Assembly: GCA_964386465.1 (NCBI GenBank)
Contig: CAYLTU010000006.1
Span: 5,781 to 29,780 of the forward strand
DNA: 24,000 nt
Direction of reading: 5' to 3'
From: an uncultured Rhodospirillaceae bacterium
Lineage (GTDB): Bacteria; Pseudomonadota; Alphaproteobacteria; UBA8366; GCA-2717185
The translations under genes and the position numbers were made by a program. Under the pieces are notes generated by a model, which saw nothing but the letters and a program-made list of their open reading frames with translations, was not told where the DNA came from and ran no database searches. Shown one piece after another: positions 8,628 to 17,408 of the stretch. The stretch's first letter is position 1. Each line of letters starts with the position of its first letter.

Positions 8628-8966
8628 CTAAGGCGCTTCCAGCCTCGCGGCAATAGCTTCCACGCGTTCGGCGAGGCCATCCAACTTCTCGGCCAAGCCC
8701 TCAGCCTCGACAACAACGGGCTCAGCGGTCGCTTCCCCGCCGGTTTGCGCGGCCGCAAGCTCGGCATAAGCATCCGATAATTCGTCGGAGACAAGCAGGC
8801 TGGCCATAAGCAACAGACGCGCATCGCCAATCTGCCCCACCGATTCGACCAACTCTTCAACGCGGACCTTCACATAGCCGGCAAGACGGCCGATATGCTC
8901 CTCTTGCCCTTCTTCGCAAGCGATTGCGTAATTTCGGTCGTTGATGGTGACGTTCAGCTCGGACAT
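8628..8966 (-). CDS. zapA: Cell division protein ZapA
   Basis: 112 aa. VTINDRNYAIACEEGQEEHIGRLAGYV...ARLLLMASLLVSDEL matches the ZapA family pattern, and it sits upstream of ssrS-ygfA. Confidence 0.85.
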   Translation of the reverse strand: MSELNVTINDRNYAIACEEGQEEHIGRLAGYVKVRVEELVESVGQIGDARLLLMASLLVSDELSDAYAELAAAQTGGEATAEPVVVEAEGLAEKLDGLAERVEAIAARLEAP

Positions 8967-8972
8967 CGCGAA

Positions 8973-9191
8973 TTACCGCGTTGTTAGAATGTGTTGCAAT
9001 CGCGCGATCGCCTGATCCAGTCGGCCGGCGATTTCATCGTGCTGTTCTCGAAGCGCCGCATTCTCTGACTCGAGCGTTACGATGCGCCCGCCGGCGGTCG
9101 CTGAGCTTACGGACCGCGCCGAGACGGCATCGATCCGAGCCAATGCTTTTTCAAGGCGTTCCTCGGCGTTTTTAAGTTTTGGGTTCATCAA
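8973..9191 (-). CDS. Small coiled-coil protein upstream of zapA (DUF4164 / ZauP-like)
   Basis: 72 aa, entirely heptad-like helical (EERLEKALARIDAV...LESENAALREQHDEIAGRLDQAIARLQHIL). It ends 6 nt before zapA. In Alphaproteobacteria a DUF4164 coiled-coil gene (ZauP in Caulobacter) occupies this position. The family assignment rests on position and composition only. Confidence 0.55.
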   Translation of the reverse strand: MMNPKLKNAEERLEKALARIDAVSARSVSSATAGGRIVTLESENAALREQHDEIAGRLDQAIARLQHILTTR

Positions 9192-9341
9192 ATTCCGTAT
9201 GCATTACCGCCAGCGGCAAGCCGAACGCCCAGCCCTATTCCGACCCGGTGCGCGAAACCTTAAGCGGCACATTCATGAACGTCAACCAACGCCTTGCTTA
9301 TCCGCGGAATACGCGATTCCGGCGACTTTATAAATTTCACA

Positions 9342-9440
9342 GAGGAGAACCTCATGCACCGGCAAAACATCGTTGACGCATCCGATGTCGCTGGGCATGT
9401 TGCCGCGTGATCGCGATTGTTCACGCGGTCGTTCTTTTTC
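9342..9440 (+). promoter_or_regulatory. Candidate leader upstream of tkt: SD plus 18-codon uORF ending inside a hairpin followed by a T-run
   Basis: GAGGAG (9342..9347) lies 6 nt before the ATG at 9354. The ORF encodes [18 protein letters not shown] with TGA at 9408..9410. The stem CCGCGTGA (9403..9410) pairs perfectly with TCACGCGG (9421..9428) around a 10-nt loop, followed by TCGTTCTTTTT (9429..9439). tkt starts at 9460. Confidence 0.25.
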
Positions 9441-9459
9441 CAATGCTAAGGCCCCAAAG

Positions 9460-11463
9460 ATGACGCGCGCCGACCCGACGACGACAGCAGCCGTCACACA
9501 TAGCGAAATGGCCAATGCGATACGCGCCCTCTCGATGGATGCGGTACAGGCCGCGAACAGCGGACACCCCGGTATGCCGATGGGCATGGCGGATATCGCA
9601 GTCGTGCTCTTCAAGGATTTTCTCAAGTTCGATCCCAACGACGCAAACTGGCCTGACCGGGACCGGTTTGTGCTCTCCAACGGACACGGGTCGATGCTGC
9701 TTTACGCGTTACTCTATCTGACCGGATATCCCGACATGGATATCGACCAGATTCGAAATTTCCGGCAGCTCGGCAGCCGAACCGCGGGGCACCCCGAATT
9801 CGGACACGCGCAAGGTATTGAAACCACGACGGGGCCGCTCGGCCAGGGTATCGCTACGGCGGTTGGAATGGCATTGGCCGAACGGATGCTTGCGGCCCGC
9901 CACGGCGCGGAAGTCGTCGACCATTACACCTACGTCTTCGCCGGCGACGGTTGTCTGATGGAAGGGATCAGCCACGAAGCGGTTTCGCTCGCCGGTCACC
10001 TGAAACTGGGCAAGCTGATCGTCCTGTTCGACGACAATGAAATTTCGATCGATGGACCGACGAATCTCTCCGTGCGCGATGACCAAATCGCGCGCTTCGA
10101 GGCCTGCGGTTGGGAAGCGTGCCAAGTGGACGGGCATGATCCGATAGCGATCGCGGGTGCTATCGAAGACGCTCGAAAAAACGACCGGCCGTCTTTGATC
10201 GCGTGCCGAACGGTCATCGGCTATGGCTCGCCGAATAAGCAGGGCACGGCGGGCACGCATGGCGCGCCACTGGGCGACGAAGAAATCGCGGCCACACGCG
10301 AACAACTCGGATGGCCGCACGCGCCGTTCGTCATCCCCAATGAAATAATCGATACTTGGAGGGCGATCGGCGAACGCGGGGCGAATGCACGCCGAGCCTG
10401 GCAGTCGCGGGTCGATACGCTGACAGCCGAAGAAAAGGCTGCGTTCGAGAACGCCGCCACTGGAAAGCTGCCAGAAGGCTGGGAGATCGCTTTTCAGGCC
10501 TACATCGATACCGTGGTCGCCGAACAGCCCAAGATCGCGACTCGTCAGGCATCGCAGAAAGCCTTGGACGCCTTGGCCGGGATCATTCCCAATTTAGCGG
10601 GCGGTTCGGCGGATTTGACCGGTTCGAATCTGACCAAGGCAAAGGGCATGGAAGTGATCGCCCCAGATAATTACGCTGGCGGCTACATCTACTATGGCGT
10701 TCGCGAACACGGTATGGCCGCGGCGATGAACGGCATCGCCCTCCATGGCGGATTGATTCCTTACGGTGGTACCTTTCTGATCTTCACCGACTACGCCCGG
10801 CCCTCCATACGGTTGGCGGCACTGATGGGACAACGGGTGATCTACGTGATGACCCACGACTCCATCGGGCTGGGAGAAGACGGCCCGACGCATCAGCCGG
10901 TCGAGCAGTTGGCGAGTTTGCGGGCGATACCCAACCTGAATGTCTTCAGACCCGCGGACGCGGTCGAAACCGCCGAGTGCTGGGCCTTGGCGCTGCAATC
11001 GGATGCGACACCGTCGGTCCTCGCTTTGACCCGTCAGGGAGTCCCGACACTCAGAGCCGCTGCTTCTGCTGAAAATGGCTGCGCACGCGGCGCATACGTT
11101 CTAGCGAAAGCGGAAGGCGATCGTCAGGTGACGCTGCTGGCAACGGGCTCCGAGGTGAGCCTTGCGTGCGACGCGCGCGACCTCTTGCAAGCGGACGGTA
11201 TCGGAACGGCCGTCGTATCCGTGCCGTGCCAGGAACTGTTCGACGCTCAGGATGCAGCCTATCGAGATAACGTACTTGGCGCCGACACGGTCAGGATCGC
11301 CGTAGAAGCGGCAGTGGCTCAGGGTTGGGAGCGGTATATAGGCTGCAAAGGCGGCTTTGTCGGCATGTCGGGGTTTGGCGCCTCGGCCCCGGCCGGAGTG
11401 CTTTACGAGCATTTCGGAATTACGGCGCAGGCAGTCGCGGATGCGGCACGAAAACGCCTGTAG
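9460..11463 (+). CDS. tkt: Transketolase
   Basis: Motifs: [26 protein letters not shown], the TPP motif [13 protein letters not shown], and [16 protein letters not shown]. The start is re-called to the ATG at 9460 ([22 protein letters not shown]). The ORF-track start at 9373 is a TTG that reads through the upstream hairpin. Confidence 0.9.
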   Translation: MTRADPTTTAAVTHSEMANAIRALSMDAVQAANSGHPGMPMGMADIAVVLFKDFLKFDPNDANWPDRDRFVLSNGHGSMLLYALLYLTGYPDMDIDQIRNFRQLGSRTAGHPEFGHAQGIETTTGPLGQGIATAVGMALAERMLAARHGAEVVDHYTYVFAGDGCLMEGISHEAVSLAGHLKLGKLIVLFDDNEISIDGPTNLSVRDDQIARFEACGWEACQVDGHDPIAIAGAIEDARKNDRPSLIACRTVIGYGSPNKQGTAGTHGAPLGDEEIAATREQLGWPHAPFVIPNEIIDTWRAIGERGANARRAWQSRVDTLTAEEKAAFENAATGKLPEGWEIAFQAYIDTVVAEQPKIATRQASQKALDALAGIIPNLAGGSADLTGSNLTKAKGMEVIAPDNYAGGYIYYGVREHGMAAAMNGIALHGGLIPYGGTFLIFTDYARPSIRLAALMGQRVIYVMTHDSIGLGEDGPTHQPVEQLASLRAIPNLNVFRPADAVETAECWALALQSDATPSVLALTRQGVPTLRAAASAENGCARGAYVLAKAEGDRQVTLLATGSEVSLACDARDLLQADGIGTAVVSVPCQELFDAQDAAYRDNVLGADTVRIAVEAAVAQGWERYIGCKGGFVGMSGFGASAPAGVLYEHFGITAQAVADAARKRL

Positions 11464-11493
11464 ACGAAATCTAAGAATTCAGGAGAGAGTTAA

Positions 11494-12501
11494 ATGGCAG
11501 TTCGAGTGGCAATCAACGGTTTTGGACGGATCGGACGGCTCGTGCTACGCGCGGCGATGGAATCCGGCCGCGATGACATCGAGTTCGTCGGCGTCAACGA
11601 TCTAGGGCCTGTCGCGACCAATGCCCATCTCGTAAAGTACGATTCGGTCCACGGCACATTCCCCGGCGACGTCACGAATGGCGAAGACTGGATGGACCTC
11701 GGCCGCGGCAAGATAAAGGTTTCGGCGGAACGCGACCCGACCAAACTGCCCTGGGGCGAGCTTGGGGTCGATATCGCGTTGGAATGCACCGGTATCTTCA
11801 CCAGTCGCGATCAGGCCGCGATGCACCTGGAAGCGGGCGCCAAGCGGGTTCTTGTCTCCGCGCCGGCAAGCGGCGCCGATCTGATGGTGGTCTACGGCGT
11901 CAACCATGAAGAACTGACCGCCGACCATACGGTCGTTTCCAATGCGTCCTGTACGACCAACTGCCTGGTCCCGGTTGCGCACGTTCTGCACCAAGCCGTC
12001 GGCATCGAGCGCGGTTTCATGACGACCGTGCACGCCTTCACGGGGGATCAGGCAACGGTCGATACGCTTCATTCCGATCTGCGCCGGGCGCGGTCCGCCT
12101 CTCAATCTCTCATTCCGACCTCGACGGGCGCTGCAAAGGCCGTCGGAATCGTTCTGCCGGAGTTGGCCGGTAAGCTGGACGGCACCTCTATCCGGGTGCC
12201 GACGCCGAACGTATCGCTGATCGATTTAAAGTTCGATTCCTCCAGGGAGACCGATGTCGCCGAGATTAATGGTGCGATCTCGCAAGCCGCGGGTGGCGCG
12301 CTCAAAGGCGTCCTCGAAACGAATGACGCGCCCTTGGTTTCCTCGGATTTCAACCACAATCCGGCAAGTTCGACATTCGATTTGACCCAAACTCAAGTCA
12401 TCGACGGTACTTTGGTTCGTATCCTGTCCTGGTACGACAACGAATGGGGTTTCTCCAACAGGATGTCGGATACGGCAGTGGCGATGGGGAATCTCGGCTG
12501 A
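11494..12501 (+). CDS. gap: Glyceraldehyde-3-phosphate dehydrogenase
   Basis: 335 aa. Motifs: [12 protein letters not shown]-binding, the active site [10 protein letters not shown], and the C-terminal [20 protein letters not shown] lies upstream of the ATG. Confidence 0.95.
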   Translation: MAVRVAINGFGRIGRLVLRAAMESGRDDIEFVGVNDLGPVATNAHLVKYDSVHGTFPGDVTNGEDWMDLGRGKIKVSAERDPTKLPWGELGVDIALECTGIFTSRDQAAMHLEAGAKRVLVSAPASGADLMVVYGVNHEELTADHTVVSNASCTTNCLVPVAHVLHQAVGIERGFMTTVHAFTGDQATVDTLHSDLRRARSASQSLIPTSTGAAKAVGIVLPELAGKLDGTSIRVPTPNVSLIDLKFDSSRETDVAEINGAISQAAGGALKGVLETNDAPLVSSDFNHNPASSTFDLTQTQVIDGTLVRILSWYDNEWGFSNRMSDTAVAMGNLG

Positions 12502-12914
12502 AGAAATACGGCAAAGCCGTAACCGTCATAAGCCTAGCCCAGGCTGAGGCTGCGCTATCCGCTGCTGAATCGATGGATGTCGGGGTCCTTCTGATCAGCG
12601 CGCCGGATGCCGCCGCGAACGTCGGTCCAGGATGGTTCGATGCCTTGGTTGTACTGGCGTCGAGCAATTTTCCGGCGGCAAGATATGACGCCCTTCTCGA
12701 TTGTGGCGAAGCGCCAGGTGACGCCATGGCGGCATTGCGGCACGGCTTCAAGCACATCCGGTACAAGGGTACAAAGCAAGCCGCGATTTCCGATATCGCG
12801 CGTAAACACGGTGCCCATATTGTAGAGAACAGGCCGGATGCCCTCGATCTGCAGAAGGTTGAGGTCAACTGCGAAAACGTTGCAGATGCTTGCCGCTCCT
12901 GGCTTTCCGACTAG
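12444..12914 (+). CDS. Hypothetical protein (no recognisable family); start uncertain
   Basis: The open frame has coding-like codon usage, while the opposite-strand ORF 12398..12868 is Ser/Arg/Cys-rich junk. The only canonical in-frame starts are the ATG at 12444, which overlaps gap by 58 nt, and the ATG at 12573. Neither has a clear SD. Confidence 0.45.
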   Translation: MGFLQQDVGYGSGDGESRLKKYGKAVTVISLAQAEAALSAAESMDVGVLLISAPDAAANVGPGWFDALVVLASSNFPAARYDALLDCGEAPGDAMAALRHGFKHIRYKGTKQAAISDIARKHGAHIVENRPDALDLQKVEVNCENVADACRSWLSD

Positions 12915-12964
12915 GTTAAGAGACCTAAATAAACAGCAACAGTTCGATTTTTGGAGTTGCCGCC

Positions 12965-13414
12965 ATGCTTACGGATCAAATGCTTAAACTGATCAGTGAA
13001 CACCGCGCCGGAATGGTTGCGACGATAAATGACGACGGAACCCCATCCGTATCGCCCAAAGCGATGTTCGTCATTTTGGACGAAAAAACAATTGCTTTCG
13101 GTAATCTGCGTTCGCCCGGCACGATCAAGAACATCAACCAGCGACCGGGTACTGAAGTCTGCTTTATAGATGTTCTGGCGCGCACGGCGGTGCGCGTAAC
13201 CGGTAGCGCGCATTACCTGAAGAACGACCAGATGTCCGACGCCTTGCGCGCGGCGTTCGCCGAAGTCTGGGCCGACTATCTCGAAAAATTCGCGGGCGTC
13301 ATCGAGATCCGCGTCTCCGCCGCGGAGTTCCTTCTTTCGCCGGCTTACGATTTGGGTCTGACCGAGGCGGAACTGCGCGAGGCGAACCTCGCACATCTGC
13401 AAAGCCTTTCGTGA
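12965..13414 (+). CDS. Pyridoxamine 5'-phosphate oxidase-like FMN-binding (split-barrel) protein
   Basis: 149 aa. The motif MVATINDDGTPSVSPKAMFVILDEKTIAFGNLRSPGTIKNI... is typical of the PNPOx-like / general stress protein 26 split-barrel family. GGAG lies 8 nt upstream. Confidence 0.7.
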   Translation: MLTDQMLKLISEHRAGMVATINDDGTPSVSPKAMFVILDEKTIAFGNLRSPGTIKNINQRPGTEVCFIDVLARTAVRVTGSAHYLKNDQMSDALRAAFAEVWADYLEKFAGVIEIRVSAAEFLLSPAYDLGLTEAELREANLAHLQSLS

Positions 13415-13424
13415 GGCGGAGCGG

Positions 13425-13883
13425 TTAGAGCGAAAGCAGCCCGCTGACGCCGATCAGCGTGCTGGCCACGAAGCAGACTCCCGAAAAACTGAGCAATTTA
13501 AACCCGTTTTTCGCGCGCTTCATTGCAGCGGCGTTCATATCGGCAGCCACGGAATCTCTTTCTCCCTCTTCGTCCTCGTCTTTCGCCTTCGCGGCTGCTT
13601 CGCGCGACATCGCGACAACGCTCCGAAACATAAAATAAGCGAGAATCGTGGGTATCAAGCCGATCGCAAATATCATTCCCGAACTCAGCATCAAACCCTG
13701 TACGCCTTCGATGTCCGGGTATTGCTGATGGATGGCGATGCAACTCAGCAAGCCGATCGTATGGGCGAGGAATACGTAGCCGAGAATTTTTATAAACGGC
13801 GCATGTTCGGCCGCGGTTTCCTCGGCGCTGTACTCCCGGTCTACCCGGAGGCCCTTGCTGCTGGATTGGTTATCGTTTTCCAT
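13425..13883 (-). CDS. Hypothetical integral membrane protein
   Basis: 152 aa with 3-4 hydrophobic segments (ILGYVFLAHTIGLLSCIAI, LMLSSGMIFAIGLIPTILAYFMF, LLSFSGVCFVASTLIGVSGLL) and an acidic loop (KDEDEEGERD). No family was recognised. Confidence 0.5.
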   Translation of the reverse strand: MENDNQSSSKGLRVDREYSAEETAAEHAPFIKILGYVFLAHTIGLLSCIAIHQQYPDIEGVQGLMLSSGMIFAIGLIPTILAYFMFRSVVAMSREAAAKAKDEDEEGERDSVAADMNAAAMKRAKNGFKLLSFSGVCFVASTLIGVSGLLSL

Positions 13884-13956
13884 CGTAAAGCCGATCGTAA
13901 CTAAGGCGGAGTCAGTATCGATTTGTCATGCGCGCCAGCGAACCGCGTGTACTTTA

Positions 13957-13985
13957 TTGAAAAAACCGCGGGCGTCGAGTATTGA
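13957..13985 (+). promoter_or_regulatory. Candidate sigma70-type promoter for the aldolase gene
   Basis: TTGAAA (13957..13962), a 17-nt spacer, then TATTGA (13980..13985), about 30 nt upstream of the ATG at 14017, with AGGAG in between. Confidence 0.25.
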
Positions 13986-14016
13986 CTCCTGAACGATCCA
14001 ATTAGGAGCACCCGTC

Positions 14017-14937
14017 ATGAGAATCACGCAGCGCGTCAAGAAAATCCTATCCAACTACGAAAGCGACTGCCCGGGAACGAAAGCAAACCTTGCACGGATT
14101 CTCATGCATGGCCGACTCGGCGGCACCGGCAAGCTCGTCATCCTACCCGTCGACCAGGGATTCGAGCATGGCCCGGCACGCAGTTTTGCCAAGAACCCGG
14201 CTGGCTACGATCCGCATTATCACTATCAATTGGCGATCGACGCCAACCTGTCAGCCTACGCCGCGCCGCTCGGCCCGCTCGAAGCGGGTGCGGATACCTT
14301 CGCCGGCGCGGTTCCAATGATCCTGAAGTGCAACAGTTCCAACAGTCATGCAACAGAGAAAGACCAGGCTGTTTACGGCTCGGTTGACGACGCTTTGCGG
14401 CTTGGTTGTTCCGCGGTCGGTTTCACCATCTATCCCGGTGCGGACGATCAGTTCGAGATGATGGAAGAATTCCAGGAGCTCGCGGCCGAAGCGAAATCCG
14501 CGGGACTAGCCGTGGTGCTGTGGTCGTATCCGCGCGGCGGAAACCTTTCAAAAGAAGGCGAATCCGCGATCGACGTCACCGCCTATGCGGCGCACCTGGC
14601 GGCCCTGCTCGGCGCCCACGTCATCAAGGTGAAGCCGCCGACGGCTCATATCGAGCAGGCGGACGCCCAAAAGGTGTATGAAGCCGAGGGCATTCCGATC
14701 GCCACCTTGACGGAACGCGTTGCCCATGTCGTGCAGTCCGCCTTCAACGGCCGTAGGATCGTCGTCTTCTCCGGCGGTGCGGCGAAGGATACCGAAGGCG
14801 TACTCAACGAAATTCGCGAAATTCGAGATGGCGGCGGGTCCGGCTCCATCATCGGCCGCAATTCGTTCCAGCGACCGAAGGCGGAAGCGCTTGAACTGCT
14901 GGGTACGATCGCGCAAATCTACCAGGGCAAGGCTTGA
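14017..14937 (+). CDS. fbaB: Class I fructose-bisphosphate aldolase (DhnA/FbaB type)
   Basis: 306 aa. [35 protein letters not shown] parallels E. coli FbaB ([35 protein letters not shown]). IKVKPP contains the Schiff-base Lys context. Confidence 0.85.
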   Translation: MRITQRVKKILSNYESDCPGTKANLARILMHGRLGGTGKLVILPVDQGFEHGPARSFAKNPAGYDPHYHYQLAIDANLSAYAAPLGPLEAGADTFAGAVPMILKCNSSNSHATEKDQAVYGSVDDALRLGCSAVGFTIYPGADDQFEMMEEFQELAAEAKSAGLAVVLWSYPRGGNLSKEGESAIDVTAYAAHLAALLGAHVIKVKPPTAHIEQADAQKVYEAEGIPIATLTERVAHVVQSAFNGRRIVVFSGGAAKDTEGVLNEIREIRDGGGSGSIIGRNSFQRPKAEALELLGTIAQIYQGKA

Positions 14938-15199
14938 TACCAAGGAGCGCTGATAGTGACCCATGGAGACGTCTTCCCAGGGTTTTCGGCAAGGAGCGTG
15001 CGCCGCACCGATGCCGGGCATCGGAAGGCGTGCGCGACGCTGCCCGAAAGCCCTGGGAAGGCGCCGTTTCGGTCGCGTATGCGGCCCGTCGGAGTGCGTC
15101 GGAACGCCTTGACGATGCGCCACATCGCCTGCGGTGTCCCTCCTACCCGACGGACCGCATACGCGATCTCCAGGGGTCACTATCAACGCTCCTTGGTAT
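14937..15199. repeat. 263-bp nested-palindrome intergenic element (MITE / RIME-like)
   Basis: Terminal inverted repeats ATACCAAGGAGCGCTGATAGTGACCC (14937..14962) and GGGTCACTATCAACGCTCCTTGGTAT (15174..15199) match at 25 of 26 positions. Internal hairpin 1 spans 14973..15060: arms CTTCCCAGGGTTTTCGG... / ...CCGAAAGCCCTGGGAAG with a central CCGATGCCGGGCATCGG. Internal hairpin 2 has arms 15071..15092 and 15147..15168, complementary at 20 of 22 positions. The element fills the fbaB-thiE gap exactly. Confidence 0.7.
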
Positions 15200-15836
15200 G
15201 AGCCCGTCCGAGCGCTGCCGCCTGTACCTGATCACACCGCCGGCGTTCGAGCCGGCGGCATTTCAGGATACGCTTGCCGAAGCGCTCGACGCCGGCGATG
15301 TCGCCTGCGTCCAGTTGCGGCTCAAGGACATGGATGACGACGTCATTCGCGCCGCGGCGGACATCTTGCGGCCGGTCGCGCAGGAACGCGAGGTCGCCTT
15401 CATCATGAACGACCGGCCGGACCTTGCCGTTGAAACCGGGTGCGACGGCGTTCACGTCGGTCAACAGGATGCCGGGTACGATGAAGCCCGCCGGCAGATC
15501 GGTCCCGAGGGAATCGTCGGGGTTACCTGTCACGAGTCCCGCGAGCTCGCGATGCGGGCAGCCGAGCGGGGCGCGGACTACGTTGCGTTCGGCGCCTTCT
15601 TTCCGTCCGGTACGAAACAGCCGAAATTCAGGGCGAATCCGGAGATTTTGTCCTGGTGGCAGGAAATGATGGAACCGCCCTGTGTCGCAATCGGCGGCAT
15701 TACCGTCGAAAACTGCCCGGAACTTGTTTCCGCGGGGGCGGATTTCCTGTCCGTGGTTGCCGGTGTCTGGGACCATCCGCAAGGGCCGGCCGCGGCGGTG
15801 AAGCAATTCAACGAGGCCATGGCGGCGATTGCCTGA
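15198..15836 (+). CDS. thiE: Thiamine-phosphate synthase
   Basis: The start is re-called to the ATG at 15198 ([15 protein letters not shown]...). The ORF-track start at 14934 reads through the palindromic element. [21 protein letters not shown] and [11 protein letters not shown] fit ThiE. Confidence 0.85.
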   Translation: MSPSERCRLYLITPPAFEPAAFQDTLAEALDAGDVACVQLRLKDMDDDVIRAAADILRPVAQEREVAFIMNDRPDLAVETGCDGVHVGQQDAGYDEARRQIGPEGIVGVTCHESRELAMRAAERGADYVAFGAFFPSGTKQPKFRANPEILSWWQEMMEPPCVAIGGITVENCPELVSAGADFLSVVAGVWDHPQGPAAAVKQFNEAMAAIA

Positions 15837-15890
15837 GTACCGCGAAGCCGCTATAACGCCGCCGCAATTCAATTACCGAAAATCGAGACC

Positions 15891-16460
15891 ATGAAAATCA
15901 ATGGGAATGCCGTTCGCCCCGGCAATGTGATCGAGCATCAGAACCGGTTATGGCGCGCCACGAAGATCCAACACACCCAGCCCGGCAAGGGCGGTGCCTA
16001 TCTCCAGGTCGAATTGAAGGACATCCGCGACGGAACCAAGCTCAACGAACGGTTCCGTTCGTCGGAAACCGTAGAGCGCGTGCGCCTCGACCAGCGGGAA
16101 TACCAGTTCCTGTTCAAGGATGGAGACGATTTCACCTTCATGGACAACGAGACATACGACCAGACCACATTGCACATCGATTTCATCGGCCCGGACGCCG
16201 CCCAGTTCCTGCAGGACGGCATGACCGTACAGATTGAATCGTTCGAGGGTTCGCCTATCGGTGTCATGCTGCCGGAATCGGTGACCATGGAAATCACCGA
16301 GGCCGACCCGGTCGTAAAAGGGCAAACCGCTTCGTCGTCATACAAGCCGGCCCTGCTCGAAAACGGCGTTAAAATCATGGTGCCGCCGCATATCGAAGCC
16401 GGAACGCGGGTCCAGGTGAATACGGCCGACGCCACTTATGTCGGCCGAGCCAAGGACTGA
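15891..16460 (+). CDS. efp: Translation elongation factor P
   Basis: 189 aa. The loop [17 protein letters not shown] has Lys33 at the tip, and the full three-domain length is present. Confidence 0.95.
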   Translation: MKINGNAVRPGNVIEHQNRLWRATKIQHTQPGKGGAYLQVELKDIRDGTKLNERFRSSETVERVRLDQREYQFLFKDGDDFTFMDNETYDQTTLHIDFIGPDAAQFLQDGMTVQIESFEGSPIGVMLPESVTMEITEADPVVKGQTASSSYKPALLENGVKIMVPPHIEAGTRVQVNTADATYVGRAKD

Positions 16461-16497
16461 ACGGAAAAATTCAGCGCGAAGCGAAAGGTAACCGCCG

Positions 16498-17310
16498 ATG
16501 GCGTTGCGATCCGCGATCATTAACGTCATGGCCATGGCCGCGGACAAAGCCGGCCGCCGGCTGGTCCGCGATTTCGGCGAGGTCGAACAGCTGCAGGTGA
16601 GCCGTAAAGGCCCAGCCGATTTCGTATCGAGCGCGGATATGCGCGCGGAAAAGATACTGCGCGAATCTCTGAGCAACGCACATCCTGATTTCGGCATGTT
16701 AATGGAGGAATCCGGTGAGACGGCTGGAAAGGACGACCGCCACCGCTGGATCGTCGATCCACTCGACGGCACGACGAATTTTCTCCACGGCCTGCCCCAT
16801 TTTTGTATTTCGATCGCACTGGAGCGGGATGGTCAGGTCGTAGCCGGAATTGTCTACGATCCAGTCAAGGACGAGCTGTTCTGGGCCGAACGCGGCCTTG
16901 GAGCCTACGTAAATGACAGGCGCCTTCGGGTCTCCGGCCGCGGACGGATGCGCGATGCGGTTTTCGCGACTGGAATTCCCTTTCTGGGAATCCAGGACGG
17001 TCCGGGGCACGAGATGTTTCTCGGGCAGCTTGGCAGCGTCATGGCAGAGTGCGCGGGCGTGCGACGGTTCGGATCCGCCGCTCTGGATCTCGCCTATGTC
17101 GCCGCAGGACGTTACGACGGATACTGGGAGAACGGGCTCAACCCGTGGGACGTCGCTGCAGGGGTCTTGCTGGTCCGGGAAGCCGGCGGTCAGGCGTCCG
17201 ACATATCCGGTCGACGCTATGAGTTGGGCGCACCCGATATTTGCGTCGGAAACGAGCAGCTTCATCAGCCTCTACGCAAACTGCTGCGCGGCGCGGCGCG
17301 CCCTGACTAG
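16498..17310 (+). CDS. suhB: Inositol monophosphatase family protein (SuhB-like)
   Basis: 270 aa. Motifs WIVDPLDGTTNFLHG and the C-terminal WDVAAG are typical of the IMPase family. Confidence 0.85.
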   Translation: MALRSAIINVMAMAADKAGRRLVRDFGEVEQLQVSRKGPADFVSSADMRAEKILRESLSNAHPDFGMLMEESGETAGKDDRHRWIVDPLDGTTNFLHGLPHFCISIALERDGQVVAGIVYDPVKDELFWAERGLGAYVNDRRLRVSGRGRMRDAVFATGIPFLGIQDGPGHEMFLGQLGSVMAECAGVRRFGSAALDLAYVAAGRYDGYWENGLNPWDVAAGVLLVREAGGQASDISGRRYELGAPDICVGNEQLHQPLRKLLRGAARPD

Positions 17311-17408
17311 CGGTTGTCTGCCGTTCAGCCCTGAGCTATGGTCGGGGCGTAATAAAATTTGCGCAATTCGCGCGATAAAACACAAACGGATAGGCTTCCG
17401 AATTGGAA

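Noticed and set aside
14938-15197. TPP (THI-box) riboswitch upstream of thiE
   Set aside because: It is expected by position, and GCTGATAGTGACCC loosely resembles the GCUGAGA...ACCC segment. However, the conserved ACCUGAUCUGGAUAAUGCCAGCG core is absent. The region is instead explained by symmetric inverted repeats.
14548-15201. ORFs running through the palindromic element: 14934..15836 N-terminal extension, 14956..15201 (81 aa, AAGGAG+GTG start), 14548..15186 minus (212 aa)
   Set aside because: The SD-like AAGGAG and the GTG are part of both terminal inverted repeats, so they appear symmetrically on both strands. The products are Arg/Pro/Cys-rich with no domain. The minus-strand ORF is antisense to a well-supported aldolase. 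A tiny element-encoded peptide cannot be fully excluded.
15183-15872. 229-aa minus-strand ORF opposite thiE, and similar long antisense ORFs opposite tkt (9709..10320, 10594..10998), gap (11602..12105), suhB (16699..17265) and the MotB-like gene (20111..20548, 20600..21130)
   Set aside because: All are Arg/Gly/Pro-rich mirror frames of high-GC genes whose sense frames carry clear family motifs.
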